From a virus, in the IMG/VR virus record IMGVR_UViG_3300032246_002986, positions 1 to 64,000 of that record: DNA of 64,000 bases; one strand, given 5' to 3'. How positions within the stretch are numbered: position 1 is the stretch's first letter; each line of letters begins with the position of its first letter. Under the pieces are notes generated by a model, which worked only from the letters and a program-made list of their open reading frames with translations, was not told the origin of the DNA and made no database searches. Shown here piece after piece: positions 8,075 to 15,841 of this stretch. Position numbers and translations under genes: made by a program.

Positions 8075-8722
8075 ATGACCGAACAAACTAGCGTTACCCA
8101 AGTACCATTGACCGAAGCATTGAGTGCTGCCTGTGCAGCCCTGCGTATCAATACCAAATATGTGCGCCGAGAAGAAGCAACGGAAGTAGTCAAAGCCAAC
8201 AGCTGGCTGATGTCCGATATACTTCTCGGCAAGACGGAAATGACAGATGCAGACCGTGAAGAAGGGGCCAACCTGTTGGCCTTCCTGCAAGGCAAGTTGC
8301 CAGATCTCATCGCAGAGACGCTGGAAAGCTACTGGCAGAAATGTGTGCTGATGACCGAGATGAAGACCATCCGCTTGGATGATTACAAGAACATCGCTTT
8401 CATAGCCAGTATGCCCAGCAGCTATTTCAATGCCCAACAGCGTGAAGAAATGATCACGCAGATGAATACACTGGCAGAGAACAGCACCTGGTTCGGCAAC
8501 AAGGGCGATGCTTTTCCTGCACAGCGTGTAGAGATCGTGGGTGCGGTCTACAGCCGCAATTACTTCAAGTGGTACCACACTGCTCTCACGGAGCAGAAGA
8601 ACATGATCCGGTTTCCCATGACCGATAAGATCGAGCCAGGAACATCGGCAGTTATCAGTGGCAAGATCCACAAGCACGGTGACAGCAACACGACTATTTT
8701 GCATTATGTGCGAAAAAAATAG
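8075..8722 (+). CDS. hypothetical protein, C-terminal OB-fold-like region
   Basis: GAGG RBS; beta-rich C-terminus ending ISGKIHKH...TILHYV. Confidence 0.75.
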   Translation: MTEQTSVTQVPLTEALSAACAALRINTKYVRREEATEVVKANSWLMSDILLGKTEMTDADREEGANLLAFLQGKLPDLIAETLESYWQKCVLMTEMKTIRLDDYKNIAFIASMPSSYFNAQQREEMITQMNTLAENSTWFGNKGDAFPAQRVEIVGAVYSRNYFKWYHTALTEQKNMIRFPMTDKIEPGTSAVISGKIHKHGDSNTTILHYVRKK

Positions 8723-8750
8723 TTGACTGTACAGTTATATGTGTTATATT
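8723..8750 (+). promoter_or_regulatory. sigma70-like early promoter
   Basis: TTGACT-N16-TATATT with TGTG upstream of the -10. Confidence 0.65.
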
Positions 8751-8781
8751 AAATTATAATTTGATGATGGAGAAACTAAAA

Positions 8782-9909
8782 ATGGCTAAGAATACCGAAA
8801 CTTTTACCGAAGTCCGTAGCGTTACCCTGCAAGCCGCCAAGCGCGAAATCATGGTGTGCGCTCGTCGCAAGCGTCCTGTGTTCCTGTGGGGCGCACCGGG
8901 TATCGGCAAGTCCGAACTTGTGGAACAGATCACTAACGAACTGGGCGGCAAGATGTACGACCTGCGACTGGCACTCATGGATCCATCGGATCTCAAGGGT
9001 GTGCTTTATTACAACCCAGCCGTGGGTAATGCTATGTGGAACGCTCCACCCGATCTGCCCAGCGCAGAAGATGCTGCCCAGTATCCAGTGGTTGTGCTGT
9101 TCTTGGACGAAATGAACAGCGCCGCACCTGCTACACAAGCCGCTGCCTACCAGCTGGTTCTCAACCGTCGTGTGGGCACTTATGAACTGCCTGACAATGT
9201 TGTTATCGTTGCCGCAGGTAACCGTGATACCGACCGCGGTGTCGTGTACCGTATGCCCAGCCCGCTTGCCAACCGCTTTGTTCACTTGAACTTGCGGGTG
9301 GACTTCGACAGCTGGAACGACTGGGCACTGAACAACGGCATCAATCCCGACGTTGTGGCTTACGTTACCTGCAACAAGAACGACCTGTTCAACTTCGATC
9401 CACGTAGCAGCGGCACCAGCTTTGCTACACCACGTAGTTGGTCGTTTGTTAGCGAGCTGTTGCAAGAACAACTCACGGACACCGAACTCAACGATCTGGT
9501 ATCAGGTACTGTGGGCGAAGGTGTCGCACTCAAGTTTGCAGCACACCGCAAGGTTGCCAGCCAGATGCCCAATCCCACGGACATCCTCAACGGCAAAGTG
9601 CGCGAGCTCAAAACCAAAGAGATCGGCGCCAAATACTCTTTGACTGTCAGCACCTGCTACGAGCTCAAAGACAGCTTCGTGCGTCGCGGTGCCGAACAGA
9701 TGAAGGAAACTGACAATGCTGCTTGGCACCAGGAATTGGACAATGTGTTCCGCTTCTTCCTGGACAATATGGACACTGAGTTGCAGGTCATGATGTTGGC
9801 TACGCTGATGCGTACCTACAAGCTGCCGCTCAAGACCAGCAAGATCACCAACTACAAAGAATACCATCAGCGTAACGGTGACTTCATCCTGAGTGCTGTC
9901 AAAGACTGA
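8782..9909 (+). CDS. MoxR-like/dynein-related AAA+ ATPase
   Basis: Walker A GAPGIGKS, Walker B LFLDE, AAGNR, LANRF, TPRSW; GGAGA RBS before ATG 8782. Confidence 0.9.
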   Translation: MAKNTETFTEVRSVTLQAAKREIMVCARRKRPVFLWGAPGIGKSELVEQITNELGGKMYDLRLALMDPSDLKGVLYYNPAVGNAMWNAPPDLPSAEDAAQYPVVVLFLDEMNSAAPATQAAAYQLVLNRRVGTYELPDNVVIVAAGNRDTDRGVVYRMPSPLANRFVHLNLRVDFDSWNDWALNNGINPDVVAYVTCNKNDLFNFDPRSSGTSFATPRSWSFVSELLQEQLTDTELNDLVSGTVGEGVALKFAAHRKVASQMPNPTDILNGKVRELKTKEIGAKYSLTVSTCYELKDSFVRRGAEQMKETDNAAWHQELDNVFRFFLDNMDTELQVMMLATLMRTYKLPLKTSKITNYKEYHQRNGDFILSAVKD

Positions 9910-9997
9910 TGCCCCCCGGCCCTCCATCATCAAAAATGGGGGGCATAGGAAAGGGTCTGATCACAGCAGATCCAATTGGTAGGCGAGGCGGGGGCCG
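9909..9997 (+). ncRNA. GC-rich pseudoknotted RNA element after the AAA gene
   Basis: ATGCCCCCC/GGGGGGCAT stem, GGGTCTG/CAGATCC hairpin, and loop CGGCCCTC pairing with GGGGGCCG. Confidence 0.45.
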
Positions 9998-10006
9998 TAT
10001 CAATAC

Positions 10007-10034
10007 TTGACATATCAGATAGATATGCTATTAT
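10007..10034 (+). promoter_or_regulatory. sigma70-like early promoter
   Basis: TTGACA-N16-TATTAT with extended TG. Confidence 0.65.
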
Positions 10035-10063
10035 GGTATTATGATGATAGAGGGGTCATAATT

Positions 10064-11323
10064 ATGTCAAAGAAGAAAAAGTTACAGAGTTTCATTACCA
10101 CAGAATTTGATGCCAAAGCCGATGCACTAGCTCGTGAGAACATCTTGCGGGCCCGTATCGCTCTTGTGCTCAAACAACCGTTCTTTGGTAACCTAGCAAT
10201 GCGGCTTAAACTAGTGGCTGCTGACAGCTGGCTGGAAACTGCCGCCACGGACGGTCGCCATTTCTATTACAACAGCAAATTCATCAATATGCTGGACACG
10301 CATCAGAACCTGTTCCTGTTCTGCCACGAGCTTTTGCACTGTGCCTACGATCATATGACTCGCGGTGCTAAATGCAAATACCCCAAACTGGCTAACATCG
10401 CCATGGACTATGTTGTGAATGCCGATTGCATCAAGTACAGCCTGGGCAAGAAGATCACACAGGTGCCGTTGCTGTACGATAAGAAGTACGAAGATTGGAG
10501 TTTCGAGCAGGTGTACGAAGACCTGCTCAAGAATGCCAATGTGATCGATATCGAAGATCTCATGGAGCAGTTGCTGGACGATCATCTTGAAGATGATAAA
10601 GAAGGCAATGGCAACAACAAGGGTAACAAAGAAGGCAAAGGCGGTGGCCGTCCTAAACTCAGCGATGAGGAAAAGGCTGCTATCCGTGACGAATTCCGTG
10701 AAGCACTGTTGGCTGCTAACCAGGCTGCTGGTGCAGGCAATATGCCCGGCAACATCAAACGCATGATCCAGGAATTGACCCAGCCCAAGATCAACTGGCG
10801 TGAACTGATTACCCAGCAGATCCAGAGCACTGTCAAGAACGATTACACCTGGGCTACGCCCAACAAGAAACACTTCAGCCAGGGTTTTGTGTTGCCCAAT
10901 ATGCGTAAGGACCAGGCTATCGATGTTTGTGTGGCTGTGGATACATCAGGTAGTATCGGCAACGATCAGCTCAACAACTTCTTCGGTGAGATCTCGGGCA
11001 TCATGCAGAGCTTCGACGATTACACCGTGAACATCTGGTGCTTCGATACTGCTATCCACAACCCACAGGTTTATACCCTGAGCAACGGCGATGAGCTCAT
11101 CAATTATGAGCCCAAAGGTTTCGGCGGTACCGACTTCGATGTCAACTGGCATTGGATGAAGGAAGAAGGCGTGGAACCCAAACTGTTCATCGTGTTCACC
11201 GACGGTGAACCCTATGGCAGCTGGGGCGATGAAAACTACTGCGATACGGTGTGGATCATCCACAACAAACACAACAAGAACATCGTACCGCCGTTCGGTG
11301 TCAGTGCTTACTACGAAGATTGA
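10064..11323 (+). CDS. HExxH metallopeptidase-like plus vWA domain protein (DUF2201-type)
   Basis: TAATDG, CHELLHC, MIDAS DTSGS, GGTDF, FTDG; adjacent to the MoxR AAA; GAGGGG RBS before ATG 10064. Confidence 0.88.
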   Translation: MSKKKKLQSFITTEFDAKADALARENILRARIALVLKQPFFGNLAMRLKLVAADSWLETAATDGRHFYYNSKFINMLDTHQNLFLFCHELLHCAYDHMTRGAKCKYPKLANIAMDYVVNADCIKYSLGKKITQVPLLYDKKYEDWSFEQVYEDLLKNANVIDIEDLMEQLLDDHLEDDKEGNGNNKGNKEGKGGGRPKLSDEEKAAIRDEFREALLAANQAAGAGNMPGNIKRMIQELTQPKINWRELITQQIQSTVKNDYTWATPNKKHFSQGFVLPNMRKDQAIDVCVAVDTSGSIGNDQLNNFFGEISGIMQSFDDYTVNIWCFDTAIHNPQVYTLSNGDELINYEPKGFGGTDFDVNWHWMKEEGVEPKLFIVFTDGEPYGSWGDENYCDTVWIIHNKHNKNIVPPFGVSAYYED

Positions 11324-11361
11324 TTTTAGATCAGGTTTTTTAAGCACCTAGTTATTTTTAA

Positions 11362-11394
11362 TTAAATATCTCCGGTATACCAACGGAGATATTT
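11362..11394 (+). promoter_or_regulatory. late-like promoter within an RBS-sequestering hairpin
   Basis: TTAAATA(11362-68); perfect 11-bp inverted repeat AAATATCTCCG(11364-74)/CGGAGATATTT(11384-94) covering the GGAGA SD. Confidence 0.65.
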
Positions 11395-11396
11395 TT

Positions 11397-11609
11397 ATGA
11401 CAGACTCGACAGAGCCAGTACAACCTGCAAGCATCACTATTCAGGACATTGGATTCTTGCTGCAAATCGTAGAAACTTGCAGCCAACGGGGAGCATTTCG
11501 TGCAGAAGAACTCAGCAGTATAGGCGCGATTTACGACAAAGTTAGACAGTTTTTAGCTGCCAATATACCGCAACCCGAAACAACCCCAGAGGAAGGAACA
11601 GAACAATGA
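11397..11609 (+). CDS. hypothetical protein (SQRGAFRAEE motif)
   Basis: 70-aa ORF with GGAGA RBS. Confidence 0.75.
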   Translation: MTDSTEPVQPASITIQDIGFLLQIVETCSQRGAFRAEELSSIGAIYDKVRQFLAANIPQPETTPEEGTEQ

Positions 11610-12232
11610 CATTTTTCAAACACGTAGGCAAAGTTAATAGCAAGAAGGTAATTATCGTACAGAGAGCGATGGCTGATGAGAATCATATGGCCTGCGTGAT
11701 CTACAGCGATATCATGCCCAGCAAATATCACGACGATGTGATGAAGCTACTGGAGTCGCACGAAGGTCAGGATTCATATGAATTCAAAGACATCCTGGAA
11801 CGTCGTATGATGGCCGAAGGCACCAATATGCTACAGGCTCTCAGCAGCGAAGGTTATCTCAAGAGAGTGCCAGCAGCAAATGTGATGGTCACACCCAACA
11901 GCAAGAGTGCTATGCGCCTGAGCGAATTGGTGGAACTATTGGCCAGTGTGGGCGGCAAGGGGCCTGATGCGGTCAGTAGACTGGAGCGTATGGAAAACCA
12001 ACAGGGTTTCGCCGACGACGCCAAAGCTAGGAAGACCGATGCTATGGTAGCGGAATCGGTCAAGATCGAAGAGCTGGTACCAGCACCCGCAGCCCCAGTA
12101 GATACCAATGCGCTCATGATGCAGATGATGCAGACTATGCAGTCTATGCAACAACAGATCAACGAGCTGGCAGGCACTAAGACACCTGTTAAAAAGACAG
12201 TGACCAAGGCAAAAGCAAAAACCAGTGCCTGA
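11606..12232 (+). CDS. hypothetical protein
   Basis: ATGA overlap; 208 aa with Met/Gln-rich coiled coil and Lys-rich tail. Confidence 0.75.
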   Translation: MTFFKHVGKVNSKKVIIVQRAMADENHMACVIYSDIMPSKYHDDVMKLLESHEGQDSYEFKDILERRMMAEGTNMLQALSSEGYLKRVPAANVMVTPNSKSAMRLSELVELLASVGGKGPDAVSRLERMENQQGFADDAKARKTDAMVAESVKIEELVPAPAAPVDTNALMMQMMQTMQSMQQQINELAGTKTPVKKTVTKAKAKTSA

Positions 12233-12533
12233 GGATAAATTCAGTGACGAATTTTATGAACGCTGGGATCATCTGATTTCCGACGTGGAAATAACCGATG
12301 TTCCCATGCGTTTTATAAAAGAAGTCAACATACTTTTCAATGATGGCAACACTGTGGTTTTCGACGTACAACAGATGCTATTAAATGACAAGCCCGGCCA
12401 CATAGAAGAGTGTATAGAAGTTTTTCTGGATGATCAGGCTGATGACATAATGACAGTGGACTTTCACATCAACGTGGGCGCACTGGCTAGTGAAGTAGAA
12501 ACAAAAACCAATCGTTTATTAGACAATGATTAA
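12225..12533 (+). CDS. hypothetical acidic protein
   Basis: GTG start overlapping the upstream gene. Confidence 0.65.
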   Translation: MPEDKFSDEFYERWDHLISDVEITDVPMRFIKEVNILFNDGNTVVFDVQQMLLNDKPGHIEECIEVFLDDQADDIMTVDFHINVGALASEVETKTNRLLDND

Positions 12534-13017
12534 AGCTATCTTTGCAGTCGATTTGGAAGGTGGTATGGGCAAAAACGGCTCATTGCCCTGGCCTCACGAT
12601 CGCGAAGATATGCTTTGGTTTAAAAATGCCACCACTGGGCACGTGGTAGTGATGGGGTCGAATACCTGGATAGATCCAGCTATGCCCAAACCTTTGCCCA
12701 ACCGACACTGTGTGGTAGTCACCAATCAAGATGTCAGTCAATTTCCTAAAGCACACGACATCATAGCCGGAGATGCGCTGATTCCCAGCCTGCAGGTACT
12801 GGAACTGAATCATCATAAAAAAGACATCTGGATCATAGGAGGTGCCAAATTGATACACAGCACAAAACACCTTTTCCGTCAGATCTACCTCACTTCTTTT
12901 TATGATAATTACGAGTGTGATGTTATAATAGACGTACAAGAGCTTTTATCTGATTATAATTTTCAGTATGAAAGTTACGGCAAAAACAAAATATTCAGCG
13001 TGTGGCATAGGAAATGA
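12526..13017 (+). CDS. folA: dihydrofolate reductase
   Basis: GKNGSLPW, D...FK..T, VVMG, KPLPNR and IIGG motifs. Confidence 0.92.
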   Translation: MIKAIFAVDLEGGMGKNGSLPWPHDREDMLWFKNATTGHVVVMGSNTWIDPAMPKPLPNRHCVVVTNQDVSQFPKAHDIIAGDALIPSLQVLELNHHKKDIWIIGGAKLIHSTKHLFRQIYLTSFYDNYECDVIIDVQELLSDYNFQYESYGKNKIFSVWHRK

Positions 13018-13874
13018 AAAATTATAACGAGCTAATTAGCAAGGTATTATGTGAAGGTGCAGCAAGTGCGGATCGCACTTGCGTAGGCACCATAAGCCTG
13101 TTTGGCGAGCAATTACGGTTCGATCTCAGCGAAAGTTTTCCAGCAGTGACTACTAAAAAGTTGGCCTGGCGAGCAGTTGTGGCTGAATTATTGTGGTTTA
13201 TAGAGGGCAGTAGTGATGAAAGACGATTGGCAGAAATCCAATTTGGAAGCAGAGACCCAGCTAAGAAGACTATCTGGACAGCTAATGCGGATGCTGATTA
13301 TTGGAAAAGCAAAGCATTATTTCCAGGCGATTTGGGCCGTGTGTATGGCGTACAGTGGCGTGATTGGCATAGTCCTAGCTTTAGTGGCACTTACAGCTTT
13401 ACGAGCACAGACCAATTAAAGAATCTGATTGCAGGACTTAAAGCAGACCCCACAGGCAGACGCCATATACTATCAGCTTGGAATCCAGGAGAGCTGTCAC
13501 AGATGGCATTGCCGCCCTGCCATATGATGTGCCAGTTTTATCTGCGTGATCAAAAGCTCAGCTGCCATATGTATCAGCGTAGTGCAGACCTGTTCCTGGG
13601 AGTGCCTTTCAACATAGCTAGTTATGCACTGTTCACACATCTGATCGCCAAGGAGATAGGTGCAGATGTGGGCGAATTAATCATCAGCTTTGGCGATGTC
13701 CACGTGTACACGAACCACATGGAACAATGTAAACTACAACTAAGCCGTGAACCGTTGCATCCTTGCCAGCTGGACATCAGCCAAGTGGCAAGTATCTATA
13801 CAGCAACAGTGGATCAGTGCCAGCTGATAGAGTACCGAAGCCACCCTGCCATAGCGGCTCCAATGGCGGTGTGA
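13014..13874 (+). CDS. thyA: thymidylate synthase
   Basis: DRT.VGT, ELLWF, GRVYGVQWR, MALPPCH, YQRSADLFLGVPFN, GDVHVY and terminal MAV. Confidence 0.96.
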   Translation: MKNYNELISKVLCEGAASADRTCVGTISLFGEQLRFDLSESFPAVTTKKLAWRAVVAELLWFIEGSSDERRLAEIQFGSRDPAKKTIWTANADADYWKSKALFPGDLGRVYGVQWRDWHSPSFSGTYSFTSTDQLKNLIAGLKADPTGRRHILSAWNPGELSQMALPPCHMMCQFYLRDQKLSCHMYQRSADLFLGVPFNIASYALFTHLIAKEIGADVGELIISFGDVHVYTNHMEQCKLQLSREPLHPCQLDISQVASIYTATVDQCQLIEYRSHPAIAAPMAV

Positions 13875-13875
13875 T

Positions 13876-14775
13876 ATGAATATTGTCATCACCGGCGGTA
13901 TGGGTTTCATTGGTCATAATCTGGGACGGCAACTCAAAGCCGAAGGGCACACTGTGACCGCACTGGATGATCTGAGATTTGTCACAGACAGTCTGTACAA
14001 CTACCGCAATGTACACAGTTACGATGAGCTAAAGATTGCGGACTGCACCAGGCACAATTTCAATCCTGACACAAAAGCAGATGTTGTGATACATTTAGCT
14101 TGCCATCCCAATCAGGCGGCTTTCGACAATGCTGGACTTCGCACAGCCTGGAGCAACACCACTGTAAGCACCAATGTAGTGGCACGATGGGCTGTGAAAC
14201 AAAAAGCAAAATTGATATACTTTAGCAGTAGCATGGTTTACGGCAACTGGAATGGAAAGATCAGCGAAGATGCCGAGCTGGCACCGATCAATGATTATGG
14301 TAGAGCCAAAATGTTCTGTGAACTAGCCATACCAGAAACAGTCACAGATTACGTGATAATCAGACCCACGGCGGTTTATGGTCCAGGAGACAACCCCCGT
14401 CGGTTGATATCCAAATGGATCGATCTGGCCAAAACAGGTCAAGACATACCAGTGGTAGATGATGTCACAGCACTGGATCTCACTCACGTATATGATGTAT
14501 GCCGTGGCATAAAGCAAATCCTTATGTATATGCCTGCTCAACAGACATACAACATCAGTGCAGGCACCAGCGTCAAATTGGCAGAGGTTGCAGATTATAT
14601 TATCTCATCCACTGGCAGCAGCAGTAAAATCGTATACACTGGTAAAGAGACAAATATGCCAGATAGAGGCAGCTTGGACATCACAAAAGCCAACAAACAT
14701 TTATTGTATACCCCGTCTTGGGATTGGACCAACGGGTTGAAAGAAATGATTGAAACACATGATAAACTTCTATAA
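13876..14775 (+). CDS. NAD-dependent NDP-sugar epimerase/dehydratase (extended SDR)
   Basis: TGGMGFIG Rossmann motif, SSSMVYG, catalytic YGRAK, VYGPG. Confidence 0.9.
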   Translation: MNIVITGGMGFIGHNLGRQLKAEGHTVTALDDLRFVTDSLYNYRNVHSYDELKIADCTRHNFNPDTKADVVIHLACHPNQAAFDNAGLRTAWSNTTVSTNVVARWAVKQKAKLIYFSSSMVYGNWNGKISEDAELAPINDYGRAKMFCELAIPETVTDYVIIRPTAVYGPGDNPRRLISKWIDLAKTGQDIPVVDDVTALDLTHVYDVCRGIKQILMYMPAQQTYNISAGTSVKLAEVADYIISSTGSSSKIVYTGKETNMPDRGSLDITKANKHLLYTPSWDWTNGLKEMIETHDKLL

Positions 14776-15841
14776 TGTACAAGAGCAATATGCAGATTGC
14801 AAAGCAGAAATAGATCACGCAGTGCAGGGCGTGATGGCTGGTGGTCAATTCTTCCAGGCAGACTACAACGTTCAGTTGGCAAACATCATCAGCAACAGAT
14901 ATGGATATGCCAATGTGCAGTTGACGAGCAGTTGCACAGCAGCACTACACGCCAGCTTGCTAGCACTAAAACTGCCTGCTAACAGCAACGTAGCTGTGCC
15001 TGCTCTCACATATGTGGCTACAGCACAGGCAGTGATAGCTGCTGGTCACAATCCGGTGTTCATAGACGTGGATAAACATTGGTTGATGGATGTGAACGAT
15101 CTGTACTGGGCTATGTACAGAGAACATAAGATAGCCGCTGTGATAGCTGTGGACTTGTACGGACAGGGCCCTGACATAGAAAAGATAGCGGCCCTGTGTC
15201 GCGATCGTGGCGCCAAACTGATAATAGACGCTGCTCAAAGTTTCGGTCTGCACAGCAAAAAATATAATCAATTGGCAGCAGATGCCATATGTCTCAGTTT
15301 CAATCCCCTGAAAAACCTGGGTGGTATGGGCGGCGGTGCTATTGTCAGCACCCAGCTGGATCCTGTGTTGCTCAGAGCCATATGCCACGAGGGAAAAACC
15401 AGCAGTGGCCCAGCAGGGCAAGCTGAATATCACGGATTAAATTACCGTATGGACAGCGTACAGGCTGCTATGTTGACAGCAAAGTTGCCCTACTATGACC
15501 GTATGAAACAACGTAAATTCGACATCTGTGAACGCTATTACGCAGAGTTTGCAGGGCTTGTGGAAATGCCAGACAGAGCTGACAGCGGGCATCAACATTA
15601 CATCTTTGCTATGGCACCTGACAATGCAGACACAGTGCGACAGAGCCTCAGCAATGCTGGTATAGGCACAAGCAGCCATTATCAGAGACCGCTCACGAGC
15701 GAACCAGCGTTCAGCTGGTATTACAGGACTTGTCCCAAAGCAGATAGATTGGAAGGCCGTATAATCAGCTTGCCAGCTCACTGGCATCTGAGTGATTCAG
15801 ATGTGGACACAGTGGTCAAAGTGGTTAAATCTGCGCTGTGA
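14759..15841 (+). CDS. DegT/DnrJ/EryC1/StrS-family PLP sugar aminotransferase
   Basis: SCTAAL, TYVAT, PVFIDVD, DAAQSFG, SFNPLKNLG (PLP lysine), NYRMD. Confidence 0.92.
   Translation: MINFYNVQEQYADCKAEIDHAVQGVMAGGQFFQADYNVQLANIISNRYGYANVQLTSSCTAALHASLLALKLPANSNVAVPALTYVATAQAVIAAGHNPVFIDVDKHWLMDVNDLYWAMYREHKIAAVIAVDLYGQGPDIEKIAALCRDRGAKLIIDAAQSFGLHSKKYNQLAADAICLSFNPLKNLGGMGGGAIVSTQLDPVLLRAICHEGKTSSGPAGQAEYHGLNYRMDSVQAAMLTAKLPYYDRMKQRKFDICERYYAEFAGLVEMPDRADSGHQHYIFAMAPDNADTVRQSLSNAGIGTSSHYQRPLTSEPAFSWYYRTCPKADRLEGRIISLPAHWHLSDSDVDTVVKVVKSAL

Noticed and set aside
9909-9946. Rho-independent terminator or tRNA
   Set aside because: No U tract after the stem, and no cloverleaf, T-loop or CCA
13014-13874. 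Group I intron in thyA, or a dUMP/dCMP hydroxymethylase
   Set aside because: The ORF is continuous, of normal length, and keeps the canonical PCH and PFN residues and C-terminal MAV
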